A DNA stretch of 41,537 nucleotides. Origin: Thauera sp. (GTDB lineage: Bacteria > Pseudomonadota > Gammaproteobacteria > Burkholderiales > Rhodocyclaceae). The notes beneath the pieces were generated by a model. The model was not told where the DNA came from, searched no databases, and saw nothing but the letters and a program-made list of their open reading frames with translations. Numbering within the stretch: position 1 is the stretch's first letter; the number at the start of each line of letters is the position of its first letter. A program made the translations under genes and the position numbers. The stretch lies in the NCBI GenBank assembly GCA_041586695.1, contig JBFGZP010000001.1, positions 1 through 41,537 on the forward strand, in the 5' to 3' direction. Of the stretch, positions 9,006 through 20,256 are shown piece by piece.

Positions 9006-10055
9006 ATGCAGAAGAAACTAATCGCGCTGGCTGTTGCCGGGCTGATTTCCGCTCCGGTCTTCGCTCAGTCGAATGTGACGGTCTACGGCATCGTCGATGC
9101 CGGGATGGCCTACGGCGAGCATGGCGCCAATGAATTCCAGGGTTTGGCCGGTGGCGCTGTGAATGGTAACCGCGTTGGTTTTCGCGGCACCGAAGATCTG
9201 GGCAACGGCCTGAAGGCCGTGTTTCAGCTCGAGCAGGGTTTCGACATCGGCAACGGCACTGCCTCGCCCGGAGTTGGCACTCCTGACAGGGATTCCGTCT
9301 TCTCGCGCCAGGCCTATGCCGGCGTGAGCGGCGCTTTCGGCATGGTCAGCATGGGCCGCCAGTACGCGCCGGGTTACTTCACCTCCGCGGTTGATGTCGT
9401 CGACGGTGCGACTGCCTCGCCGCAGGCTATCCTTTCCGGTGGTGCCGGACTGACCGTGACTCCCGCCAGCCCTGCCCGCTGGGACAACTCGCTGGCCTAC
9501 TCCGGTAGCTTCTCCGGCGTGTCGGCTCGCCTCATCTACTCGGCGAGAGCCTCCGAAACCGCTACCAGCCCGGACAACGACGACGCGTACGGTCTGGGGC
9601 TCGGCTACGACAACGGCCCGATCAAGCTCGCCGCCATCTATCATCACCTGAACGATGCAGCCGGCAGCAACGACCAGAAGGAATGGCTGGTGGGCGGTAG
9701 CTACAACTTCGGCGTCGTTGCCCTTTCCGCGTCGTACCAGGAAGGTCAGGACGTCGGCTTCGTCCCCAACCTGGACGTGGATGTTTGGACGGTCGCTGCA
9801 ACCGCCAACGTTGGCTCTGCTGGCAAGGTGATCCTGGGCTACGGCGAAGCTGATTTCGACAACATCGCGAATAGCGGTGCAGAGAGCTACACGCTCGGTT
9901 ACCAGCATAGCCTCTCCAAGCGCACGATCGTTTACGCGTATGCGAACCGCACGGAAAACGAAAGCGCGACCGGCCGCTTCGGTCTCGTCGGCGGCGGTGC
10001 CGTCACGGGCGACAACTCCGACTGGTACACCGTCGGCATTCGTCACACCTTCTAA
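9006..10055 (+). CDS. Gram-negative trimeric porin (betaproteobacterial Porin_4/OmpC-like)
   Basis: Signal peptide MQKKLIALAVAG...AFA-QSNVTVYG, GFRGTEDLGNGLKAVFQLE, YQHSLSKRT, C-terminal GIRHTF; GAGGAG SD. Confidence 0.95.
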   Translation: MQKKLIALAVAGLISAPVFAQSNVTVYGIVDAGMAYGEHGANEFQGLAGGAVNGNRVGFRGTEDLGNGLKAVFQLEQGFDIGNGTASPGVGTPDRDSVFSRQAYAGVSGAFGMVSMGRQYAPGYFTSAVDVVDGATASPQAILSGGAGLTVTPASPARWDNSLAYSGSFSGVSARLIYSARASETATSPDNDDAYGLGLGYDNGPIKLAAIYHHLNDAAGSNDQKEWLVGGSYNFGVVALSASYQEGQDVGFVPNLDVDVWTVAATANVGSAGKVILGYGEADFDNIANSGAESYTLGYQHSLSKRTIVYAYANRTENESATGRFGLVGGGAVTGDNSDWYTVGIRHTF

Positions 10056-10081
10056 TCTCGTCTCCCGACGGGTTTAGTGAA

Positions 10082-10108
10082 AACGGGCACTTCGGTGCCC
10101 GTTCTTTC
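10082..10108 (+). terminator. Intrinsic terminator of the porin gene
   Basis: AACGGGCAC-TTCG-GTGCCCGTT followed by CTTT. Confidence 0.8.
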
Positions 10109-10177
10109 GTCTACCGGCCCCGCGGCGCGTCGGCGCCTTGAGCATGCCGGCGGACAGGGCGACACAGCTCCAAGCCA

Positions 10178-10678
10178 TTGATCCAGATTCCCTCCCCCAA
10201 CCTCGATGCCCGGCCCGCAGGCGAGACGGTCCGCCTGATCGTCGTGCACGCCATCAGCCTTCCGCCTGACGAATTCGGCGGGCCCGGCGTCGTGCAGCTG
10301 TTCACCAACACGCTCGACCCCGCTGCGCACCCCTACTACGCCACCATCCACCACCTGCGCGTATCGGCGCATTTCTTCATCCGCCGCGACGGCGAGCTGA
10401 TCCAGTTCGTCCATCCGGACTTTCGTGCCTGGCATGCCGGTGCCTCGCGCTGGAACGGACGCGAGCGCTGCAACGACTTCTCCATCGGCATCGAACTCGA
10501 GGGCTGCGACACGCTCCCGTTCGAGGCCAACCAGTATGAGCGCCTCACTTGGTTGATCGAAGTGTTGCGTTTACGCTACCCGATCGAGGCGGTCGTCGGT
10601 CACTGCGACATCGCGCCGGGGCGCAAGACCGACCCCGGGCCCTGCTTCGACTGGGCTGCGTTGGGTATTCTTCGATAG
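10178..10678 (+). CDS. ampD: 1,6-anhydro-N-acetylmuramyl-L-alanine amidase
   Basis: PSPN.D.RP, VVHAISLPP, VSAHF, RAWHAG, CNDFSIGIELEG and GHCDIAPGRKTDPGP; the TTG start is uncertain. Confidence 0.92.
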   Translation: MIQIPSPNLDARPAGETVRLIVVHAISLPPDEFGGPGVVQLFTNTLDPAAHPYYATIHHLRVSAHFFIRRDGELIQFVHPDFRAWHAGASRWNGRERCNDFSIGIELEGCDTLPFEANQYERLTWLIEVLRLRYPIEAVVGHCDIAPGRKTDPGPCFDWAALGILR

Positions 10679-10710
10679 TGCACCGCACAATACATTTGTC
10701 GCATAAGCAT

Positions 10711-10749
10711 TTGTCAAGTTTTGACAAGGCGCTGAATACTCAATAGAAT
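10711..10749 (+). promoter_or_regulatory. Near-consensus sigma70 promoter with an overlapping inverted repeat
   Basis: TTGACA (10721-10726)-N17-TAGAAT (10744-10749); TTGTCAA-GTT-TTGACAA palindrome (10711-10727) covers the -35. Confidence 0.75.
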
Positions 10750-10828
10750 TCGCTTCGTGCTGCTTTGCAGCATTTACATTTTATTGACTTCGGTGCGGCG
10801 CCTTTCCCTTAGGGGGAGACGCAATTTC

Positions 10829-10879
10829 ATGGACGTTCGCACCGCGGGGCCTTTCGCCTGGTTGCGGCGATTGGCTTGA
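10829..10879 (+). CDS. Candidate 16-aa leader peptide (uORF)
   Basis: MDVRTAGPFAWLRRLA*, preceded by GGGGGAG at 10812-10818; lies in the long leader of the SLT gene. Confidence 0.35.
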   Translation: MDVRTAGPFAWLRRLA

Positions 10880-11022
10880 CACCTACTGGCGACCGAGCAT
10901 GAAACGAGCGGGTGTGGCCTTTCTGCCACGCCGGGTCGTTCCGGGCCTTGAAGGCCGGACCTTGCTGCCCCGAATGGGGTGGGCGATGGATTCGATGCTC
11001 CGGCCACAGCACGGAGGACACC

Positions 11023-11838
11023 ATGAAAGACGCAACTCGAATCAAGGCGCTCGCGCGTCAGGCGGGCGGAGTGATTTTCACCCTGGCCCACGGTGCCGTA
11101 CTTTCAGTCGGCCTCATGGGCATGGGGGTGCTAGCGAGCGACGGCGCTCGACCCCTCGGCCTCAGTTACGCGGACACGCATGTGCAGGCGCGCCAGGTGC
11201 CCACCGCGGGCGAGGCCGCCATGGCGACGGTGGCGGATCATGCTGTCGTATCGCGTCAACCCGTCGTTCCGCGTCATTCGGTGGTCCAGGTCGCCGGTCG
11301 GTCGACGGCGTCGCGGATCTGGCAGGCAGTGCCGACGCTCGACGAGGACGACGGCCTCTCCCAGGAGATGGCTCGCGTCCGCGACTGGGTGGCGAACAAG
11401 TACCGCGTCTCGGCCGACATGCTCGAGCCGGTGCTGGCCGCGGCCGAGGAGTCCGGTCGCGATGTCGGCATCGATCCGCTGCTGATTGTCGCCATCATGG
11501 CGGTCGAATCCAGCTTCAACCCCAAGGCGCAGAGCAATATGGGCGCCCAGGGTCTGATGCAGGTGATTCCCCGTTATCACAAGGACAAGATGGGTGACAA
11601 GCGCGGCAAGAACGCGCTTTTCGACCCGGAGTTCAACGTCCAGGTCGGCACCAAGGTGCTGCACGAAGGCCTGCAGCGCTACGGCACCATGCAGCGCGCC
11701 CTGCAGTACTACAACGGCGCGCTCAAGGACCCCGAGGCGCGCTACACGCGCAAGGTGATGTCGGTCAAAAAGCGCCTGCGCGCGGCTGCCGGGAGCGAGT
11801 CGCTGGTCAGCCGCAAGGGCGAATCCCCGGCGGGCTGA
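11023..11838 (+). CDS. Lytic transglycosylase, SLT domain
   Basis: AIMAVESSF (catalytic Glu), GAQGLMQV and YYNG motifs; N-terminal hydrophobic segment; GGAGGA SD before ATG 11023. Confidence 0.9.
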   Translation: MKDATRIKALARQAGGVIFTLAHGAVLSVGLMGMGVLASDGARPLGLSYADTHVQARQVPTAGEAAMATVADHAVVSRQPVVPRHSVVQVAGRSTASRIWQAVPTLDEDDGLSQEMARVRDWVANKYRVSADMLEPVLAAAEESGRDVGIDPLLIVAIMAVESSFNPKAQSNMGAQGLMQVIPRYHKDKMGDKRGKNALFDPEFNVQVGTKVLHEGLQRYGTMQRALQYYNGALKDPEARYTRKVMSVKKRLRAAAGSESLVSRKGESPAG

Positions 11839-11843
11839 TCAGC

Positions 11844-13022
11844 TCAGCCTCGCAGCATGCGGGCGATCCGCTCGGCCGCTTCCAGCAGGCGGGCCTCGCG
11901 TGTCGTATAGGCGATACGCAGGTGCCGCCGTGGCAGGTGGTGGCCGAAATCGAGCCCCGGTGTCGCGGCGACGCCGGCCTCCTCGATCAAGCGGCGTGCG
12001 AGGGTTTCCGAGTCCTCAGCCAGTGCCGACACATCCGCGTAGATGTAGAACGCGCCCTGCGGTTCGGCGGCGATGGTGAAGCCGATATCCCGCAGTGCGG
12101 GCATCAGGGTGTTGCGGCGACTGGCGAATTCGTTGCGGCGTGCTTCCAGGATCTCCTGCGTGGCCGGGGCCAGGGCGGCGAGCGCGGCATGTTGCGCCGG
12201 GGCCGAGGGCGAGATGTAGAAGTGCTGCGCGAGCTTCTCGATTTCGCGCGCAAAGCCGGGTGGTACCACGAGCCAGCCCAGGCGCCATCCGGTCATGCCG
12301 AAATACTTCGAGAAACTGTTCACCACGAAGACATCGTCCGCGCTGTTCATGTTCGGGTGCGACAGCGCCGTGGCGGCGTCCACGCCGTAGCTCAGTCCCT
12401 GATAGATTTCGTCAACCAGCAGCACGCCGGCGTGCCGGCGGATCACGCCATGCAGCGCTGCGATCTCGTCGACGCTCAGCAGGGTGCCAGTCGGATTCGA
12501 GGGTGTGGCGACGATCAGGCCGCGCGTGCGTTCTCCCCAGGCCGCATCGACCTGCGCCGCCGTCGGCTGGTAGCGGCTGGCGGCGTCGACCGGCAGGGCG
12601 CGTCCGACGCCCTCGAAACTGCGCACGATATGTCGGTTCGAGGGATAGCCTGGATCCGGCAGCAGCCATTCGTCGCCCGGGTCCACGATCGCAGCCAGCG
12701 CCAGCATCAGCGCGCCCGAGGCGCCGGCGGTGACGACGATGCGCTCGGGTTCGACTTCGGTGCCGAAGTGGTCCTGATAGTAGCGCGCGATCGCCTCACG
12801 CAGCGCCGGCAGGCCGAGCGCGGCGATGTAGTGCACATCGCCGCCGGCGACAAAGCGCGTGGCGGCGTCTATCACCGGCTGTGGGGTGGGGAAGTCGGGC
12901 TCGCCCACTTCCATATGGATGATGTCGCGGCCCTGGGCCTGGAGCTCACGCGCACGGCGCAGCAGTTCCATCGCTTGAAAGGGCTGGATGTCGACGGCGC
13001 GGCGCGAGAGCTTGGGCATCAT
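11844..13022 (-). CDS. PLP-dependent aminotransferase class I/II (aspartate aminotransferase-like)
   Basis: EVGEPDF, PSNPTG, DEIY and SFSKYFGMTGWRLG (PLP lysine); start at 13022 or 13019. Confidence 0.93.
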   Translation of the reverse strand: MMPKLSRRAVDIQPFQAMELLRRARELQAQGRDIIHMEVGEPDFPTPQPVIDAATRFVAGGDVHYIAALGLPALREAIARYYQDHFGTEVEPERIVVTAGASGALMLALAAIVDPGDEWLLPDPGYPSNRHIVRSFEGVGRALPVDAASRYQPTAAQVDAAWGERTRGLIVATPSNPTGTLLSVDEIAALHGVIRRHAGVLLVDEIYQGLSYGVDAATALSHPNMNSADDVFVVNSFSKYFGMTGWRLGWLVVPPGFAREIEKLAQHFYISPSAPAQHAALAALAPATQEILEARRNEFASRRNTLMPALRDIGFTIAAEPQGAFYIYADVSALAEDSETLARRLIEEAGVAATPGLDFGHHLPRRHLRIAYTTREARLLEAAERIARMLRG

Positions 13023-13054
13023 GCATCCCTGGGCAAGGCGGATTCGCATTCATG

Positions 13055-13084
13055 AAAACAAAAGCGCCGTCCTGCGGCGCTTTT
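13055..13084 (-). terminator. Intrinsic terminator after pckG
   Basis: AAAAGCGCCG-TCCTG-CGGCGCTTTT; the minus strand ends in TTTTGTTTT. Confidence 0.75.
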
Positions 13085-13103
13085 CCGTGACCGATCGTGG
13101 TGC

Positions 13104-14963
13104 TCAGTCGGTGTGCAAGGCCAACTCGAACAACTCGCGCTTGAGCACCAGCTGCCGCGGCAGGCGGTCCTGCAGCTTGTCGAACCATTCCTTGTGCAGG
13201 CCGAGTTCCTTCTTCCAGGCGTCGGCATCGACGCGGGTCAGCGCCTCGAACTCCTGCTTGCCGAGTTCGGTGCCCGTCCAGTCGAGATCCTCGAAGCGCG
13301 GCATCCAGCCGAGCGGGGTCTCCTTGGCGGCGATGCGGCCCTTGCAGCGGTCGACGATCCACTTCAGCACGCGCATGTTCTCGCCGAAGCCGGGCCACAT
13401 GAACTCGCCCTTGTCGTTGGTGCGGAACCAGTTCACGCAGAAGATCTTCGGCGTTTCCTCGATGACGTGGCCCATGCGCAGCCAGTGGTTGAAGTAGTCG
13501 CCCATGTGGTAACCGCAGAAGGGAAGCATCGCGAACGGGTCGCGACGCACGACTCCCTGCGCACCGAAAGCGGCGGCGGTGGTCTCCGAGCCGAGCGTGG
13601 CAGCCATGTACACGCCGAAGTTCCAGTTGAAGGCCTGATACACCAGCGGCACCGTGGTGGCGCGGCGGCCGCCGAAAATAAAGGCCGAGATCGGCACCCC
13701 GGCGGGGTCTTCCCAGTTGGGGTCGATCGACGGGCACTGGCCGGCAGGCGCGGTGAAGCGCGAGTTCGGATGGGCGGCCTTGCGCCCGGTCTCCTTCGCG
13801 ATCTCGGGCGTCCAGTCCTTGCCCTGCCAGTCGACCAGGTGCGCGGGCGCTTCCTTGCTCATGCCTTCCCACCACACATCGCCGTCGTCGGTGAGGGCGA
13901 CGTTGGTGAAGATGATGTTTTCCTTCAGCGTCGCCATGGCGTTGTAGTTGGTCTTTTCCGACGTGCCCGGGGCGACGCCGAAGAAGCCTGCTTCGGGGTT
14001 GATGGCATAGAAGCGGGTGGTGCCGTCGCGTCCCTTGCGTGGCTTGATCCAGGCGATGTCGTCGCCGACTGTGGTGATCTTCCAGCCATCGAAGCTCTTG
14101 GGCGGGATCAGCATGGCGAAGTTGGTCTTGCCGCAGGCGGACGGGAAGGCGGCGGCGACGTAGGTCTTCTCGCCCTCGGGGCTCTCGACGCCGAGGATCA
14201 GCATGTGCTCGGCCAGCCAGCCTTCGTCGCGCGCCATGGTCGAAGCGATGCGCAGCGCGAAGCATTTCTTGCCCAGCAGGGCGTTGCCGCCATATCCCGA
14301 GCCGTAGGACCAGATTTCGCGCGTGCCGGGGAAATGGACGATGTACTTGGTCGTCGGGTTGCACGGCCAGCGGCTGTCCTTCTCGCCATGGGCGAGCGGG
14401 GCACCGACGCTGTGCACGCAGGGCACGAAGTCGCCATCGGTGCCGAGCACGTCGAGCGCGCCGCGGCCCATGCGCGTCATCGTGCGCATGTTGGTGACGA
14501 CGTAGGGGCTGTCGGAGATCTCGATGCCGATATGTGCGATCGGGCTGCCCAGCGGGCCCATCGAGAACGGCACGACGTACATGGTGCGCCCGTGCATCGA
14601 GCCCTCGAACAGCTTGTCCAGGGTCTCACGCATGACCTTCGGGTCTTCCCAGTTGTTGGTGGGACCGGCGTCGGCCTTGTCTTCGGTGCAGATGAAGGTG
14701 CGGTCTTCGACGCGGGCGACGTCCGAAGGATCGGACCAGGCGAGGTAGGAGTTCTTGCGCTTCTCCGGATTGAGCTTGATCAGCATGCCGGATTCGACCA
14801 TCTCGGCGCAGAGGCGGTCGTACTCCTGCTGCGAGCCGTCACACCAGACGACGCGATCGGGCTCGGTCAGGGCGGCGATCTCGCCTACCCATTTCTTCAG
14901 GCCGTGGTGGCGTACGTAATCGGGTGCTGCGGCGATGGCCGCATCGGCGTGGCTTTGACTCAT
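13104..14963 (-). CDS. pckG: Phosphoenolpyruvate carboxykinase (GTP)
   Basis: [46 protein letters not shown] and WPGFGEN; GGGAGAG SD before ATG 14963. Confidence 0.96.
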   Translation of the reverse strand: MSQSHADAAIAAAPDYVRHHGLKKWVGEIAALTEPDRVVWCDGSQQEYDRLCAEMVESGMLIKLNPEKRKNSYLAWSDPSDVARVEDRTFICTEDKADAGPTNNWEDPKVMRETLDKLFEGSMHGRTMYVVPFSMGPLGSPIAHIGIEISDSPYVVTNMRTMTRMGRGALDVLGTDGDFVPCVHSVGAPLAHGEKDSRWPCNPTTKYIVHFPGTREIWSYGSGYGGNALLGKKCFALRIASTMARDEGWLAEHMLILGVESPEGEKTYVAAAFPSACGKTNFAMLIPPKSFDGWKITTVGDDIAWIKPRKGRDGTTRFYAINPEAGFFGVAPGTSEKTNYNAMATLKENIIFTNVALTDDGDVWWEGMSKEAPAHLVDWQGKDWTPEIAKETGRKAAHPNSRFTAPAGQCPSIDPNWEDPAGVPISAFIFGGRRATTVPLVYQAFNWNFGVYMAATLGSETTAAAFGAQGVVRRDPFAMLPFCGYHMGDYFNHWLRMGHVIEETPKIFCVNWFRTNDKGEFMWPGFGENMRVLKWIVDRCKGRIAAKETPLGWMPRFEDLDWTGTELGKQEFEALTRVDADAWKKELGLHKEWFDKLQDRLPRQLVLKRELFELALHTD

Positions 14964-15211
14964 GGTGAACAGCTCTCCCGTGTGCTGAAGCGAAACCATC
15001 CCCGTCGTGACGGCCATCGACAGCTGGCGGCCAGCGGGTTGCGGACCGCGAGAGTGTGCGCATGGCGCACGCCGCGCGGTGTGACTGTGGAAACCACTAG
15101 GGGAATTCCAGTCGGCGAAAGCTTATTATTATGCCACGCCGCCATGGCTCGCGAAAACACGGAGCACGGGCTGCGTGCCGCATCGCACAAGGCGATGGCG
15201 CTGGATTTCAC

Positions 15212-15228
15212 CAATCAGTACTTGATTG
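15212..15228. promoter_or_regulatory. Palindrome in the pckG/maeB divergent region
   Basis: CAATCA-GTACT-TGATTG. Confidence 0.45.
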
Positions 15229-15528
15229 CGTGATGCGGGACAGGCGCCGACGGGAGTATCCTTGCGCGTACCCTTGGTTCGCGTCAATCCGGCTTGCAGT
15301 GCCGCGGATGATCCTGCCTGGCGGGGTGCGCATTGTGGGCAATGACCGGACGTGACGAGGGTTTTCGGCAGTGACAGGCGGCACCGAGTGCGCCTCTTCG
15401 AACCGATGCCCGGAAGCAGGCCGACATGAGGGCGCTGGACGCTCGCCCTCGCCGGCGCAGCCGCTGTTGCGGCCTGCGTGAGTGACACAAGCGACACAAG
15501 CACAATACCAACGACACGGAAGACAGCC

Positions 15529-17799
<2,271 letters not shown>

Positions 17800-17865
17800 T
17801 AGTTCCTTGTCGGCGGTCCCGCGCATGCGCCATCCTGAACTGCGTTACGGGGCGGGGGGCGTGTG

Positions 17866-19002
17866 ATGGGGCTCGACGACGGACGGGCGGCGCTGGTGCT
17901 GACGGGTGGCGGCGCGCGCGCCGCCTACCAGGTCGGCGTGTTGTCGGCGATTCGCGAGATCCGTGGCCGGCGGCCGGGCAATCCCTTTCCGATCCTGTGC
18001 GGCACCTCTGCCGGCGGCATCAACGCGGTGGCGCTGGCGGTGCATTCGGCGAGTTTCGGCCATGCGGTGCGCCGCATCGAGCGCATCTGGCGCAATTTTC
18101 ATGTCGATCAGGTCTATCGGGTGGATCCGATGGCGCTGCTGGGCAGCGGGCTGCGCTGGGGTTCGGCCATCTTCACCGGCTGGGCGGTACGGCAGACGCC
18201 GCGAGCCCTGCTGGACAATTCGCCGCTGCGCGCCCTTTTGACCCGGCTGCTGGATTTTTCCGCGATCGAGCGCGCCATCAAGCTCGGTGAGCTGCACGCG
18301 ATCAGCATCACCGCATCCGGTTACGCCTCGGGCGAGAGCCTGGCTTTCTTCGACGGCTCTGCCGACATTCAGCCGTGGCGTCGCGCGCACCGCATGGGGG
18401 TGCGTGCGCGGCTCGAGGTCGATCACCTGATGGCCACCAGCGCCTTGCCCTTTGTCTTTCCGGCAGTGAAGATCAACCGCGAGTATTTCGGCGATGGTGC
18501 GATGCGCCAGCTCGCGCCGGTGAGCCCGGCGATCCACTTCGGCGCCGACCGGGTGATGGTCATCGGTGCCGGGCGCATGGCCGAGGAGGGGCGCCAGCGC
18601 GCCGACGCCTACCCGTCGCCGGCGCAGATCGCCGGCCATGCGCTGTCGAGCATCTTCCTGGACACGCTGGAGGTCGATCTCGAGCGCCTCGGCCGCATCA
18701 ACGAGACAGTCGGCAGTCTCAGCGCGGCGCAACGGCAGGCGGCGGGGATCGGCCTGCGCCCGATCGAGACCCTGGTGATCTCGCCCTCGCAACGCATCGA
18801 CACCATCGCCGGGCGCTACCGCGGCAGCCTGCCGCCGCTGTTGCGCGCGGTCCTGCGCGGTGTCGGCGTGATGCGCCCCGAGGGATCGACCGTGTTGTCC
18901 TACCTGCTGTTCGAGCCGGGTTTCACCCGTGCCCTCATAGACCTCGGCTACGAGGATGCGATGGCCCGGCGCGATGAGGTTGCCACTTTTCTGCGCATCT
19001 AG
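17866..19002 (+). CDS. Patatin-like phospholipase
   Basis: LVLTGGGARAAYQVG, GTSAG nucleophile elbow, FGDGA. Confidence 0.9.
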   Translation: MGLDDGRAALVLTGGGARAAYQVGVLSAIREIRGRRPGNPFPILCGTSAGGINAVALAVHSASFGHAVRRIERIWRNFHVDQVYRVDPMALLGSGLRWGSAIFTGWAVRQTPRALLDNSPLRALLTRLLDFSAIERAIKLGELHAISITASGYASGESLAFFDGSADIQPWRRAHRMGVRARLEVDHLMATSALPFVFPAVKINREYFGDGAMRQLAPVSPAIHFGADRVMVIGAGRMAEEGRQRADAYPSPAQIAGHALSSIFLDTLEVDLERLGRINETVGSLSAAQRQAAGIGLRPIETLVISPSQRIDTIAGRYRGSLPPLLRAVLRGVGVMRPEGSTVLSYLLFEPGFTRALIDLGYEDAMARRDEVATFLRI

Positions 19003-19179
19003 CGGTCTACGCCAGTGGGTTTCCGGCTTTTTTGTAACGGTACGCTACGCGATTTCTCCCTTCGTGTAAAAATGTGTGAAAGAATTACGAAACTGCTTCA
19101 AAAGAACTTGCTATCTGGTTCTTTTAGCTAAGAATTAAGAAGAACCCAATTCAGGTATTGTCCTGGCGTGCCGAAGCCG

Positions 19180-20250
19180 ATGAAGCCACTTATCCTCCTT
19201 CTCGCCCTGTTTGGCCTGCTCCTCCCGCAAGCGGGCTGGAATTCCGCCTCGGCTGCGACCACGGCCGCCACGACGGCCAAATCCGCCAGGACTGCGGCCG
19301 CAGGCAAGCCCGCGCCCAGGGCCGCGGCCAAGACTGCAAAGGCGAAGAAGTCGTCGGCGCGTGCGAAGGCGAAGCCGGTCCCGCGCAAAGTCGCGGCGCG
19401 CAAGGCGGCGCCGGTGGCCGCTTCCGCTGCCGACGACGTGCGCGAGACCCCGCTCTCGCTGGACGCCAAGGGCTTTCCGATGCTCGGCTCGAGCGCGTTC
19501 TACGTCGCCAACCAGGCCACCGGCGAGGTGCTGCTCGAGCGCAACGGTGCGAGCGTGGTGCCGATTGCCTCGATCACCAAACTGATGACTGCGATGGTCG
19601 TCCTCGACGGCGGGCAGGGCTTGTCCGACACCCTGAGCATTTCCGAAGCCGATATCGACACCCTGAAGGGAACCGGTTCGCGGCTGTCGATCGGTACCAG
19701 GCTCACGCGCGAGGAGATGCTGCAGCTGGCGCTGATGTCGTCGGAGAACCGTGCCGCTTCGGCGCTGGCGCGTTACTACCCCGGGGGCGAGCAGGCCTTC
19801 ATCGAGGCGATGAACGTCAAGGCGCGCCTGCTCGGCCTGTGGGAGACCCGCTTCCTCGACAGCACGGGCCTGAATCCATCGAACGTGTCCAGTCCGCGCG
19901 ACCTGGCGAAAATGGTTGCAGCGGCCGCGTCCTACCCACTGATCCGTGATTTTTCGACAACGCCCGAACGTCACCTGCAGATTTCGGGCCGAATGCTGCG
20001 CTTCGGCAACACCAACGGCCTGGTCAAGAGCCCGGAGTGGGCCATCAGTGTGTCGAAGACGGGCTATATCAGCGAGGCCGGGCGTTGCCTGGTCATGCAG
20101 GCCTGGATGCAGCAGCAGCCGGTGGTAATCGTGCTGATGGATTCCACCGGGCGCTACACGCGCACCGCCGATGCGCAGCGCGTGCGCAGATGGCTCGAGC
20201 TTGCCGCCACCGAGCGGCTGGCGGCCGCGCCGAAGCGGCGCGAGGGCTGA
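19180..20250 (+). CDS. pbpG: D-alanyl-D-alanine endopeptidase (PBP7, peptidase S11)
   Basis: SITK (SxxK), SEN (SxN) and KTG motifs; signal peptide followed by a Lys/Ala-rich linker; start at 19180 or GTG 19168. Confidence 0.9.
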   Translation: MKPLILLLALFGLLLPQAGWNSASAATTAATTAKSARTAAAGKPAPRAAAKTAKAKKSSARAKAKPVPRKVAARKAAPVAASAADDVRETPLSLDAKGFPMLGSSAFYVANQATGEVLLERNGASVVPIASITKLMTAMVVLDGGQGLSDTLSISEADIDTLKGTGSRLSIGTRLTREEMLQLALMSSENRAASALARYYPGGEQAFIEAMNVKARLLGLWETRFLDSTGLNPSNVSSPRDLAKMVAAAASYPLIRDFSTTPERHLQISGRMLRFGNTNGLVKSPEWAISVSKTGYISEAGRCLVMQAWMQQQPVVIVLMDSTGRYTRTADAQRVRRWLELAATERLAAAPKRREG

Positions 20251-20256
20251 GCCCTT

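Noticed and set aside
9006-10055. Lower GC and different codon usage in the porin, suggesting horizontal transfer
   Set aside because: The bias (GGT, GCT, TTC, AAC) fits a highly expressed gene, and there are no mobility genes or flanking repeats.
10981-11000. GGCGATGG resembling the start of a fluoride riboswitch
   Set aside because: The downstream pseudoknot and conserved elements are missing, and the gene context (SLT) does not fit.
10899-11597. 232-aa ORF overlapping the SLT gene, and the extended SLT start at 10912
   Set aside because: Arg/Gly-rich low-information translation with no SD; the SD-supported start is 11023.
13113-15233. Long antisense or alternative-frame ORFs (706 aa here; also 15637-17826, 21395-23836, 29821-32199, 32196-33785)
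   Set aside because: They shadow well-supported genes, have no recognisable motifs, and are expected from codon bias in high-GC DNA.
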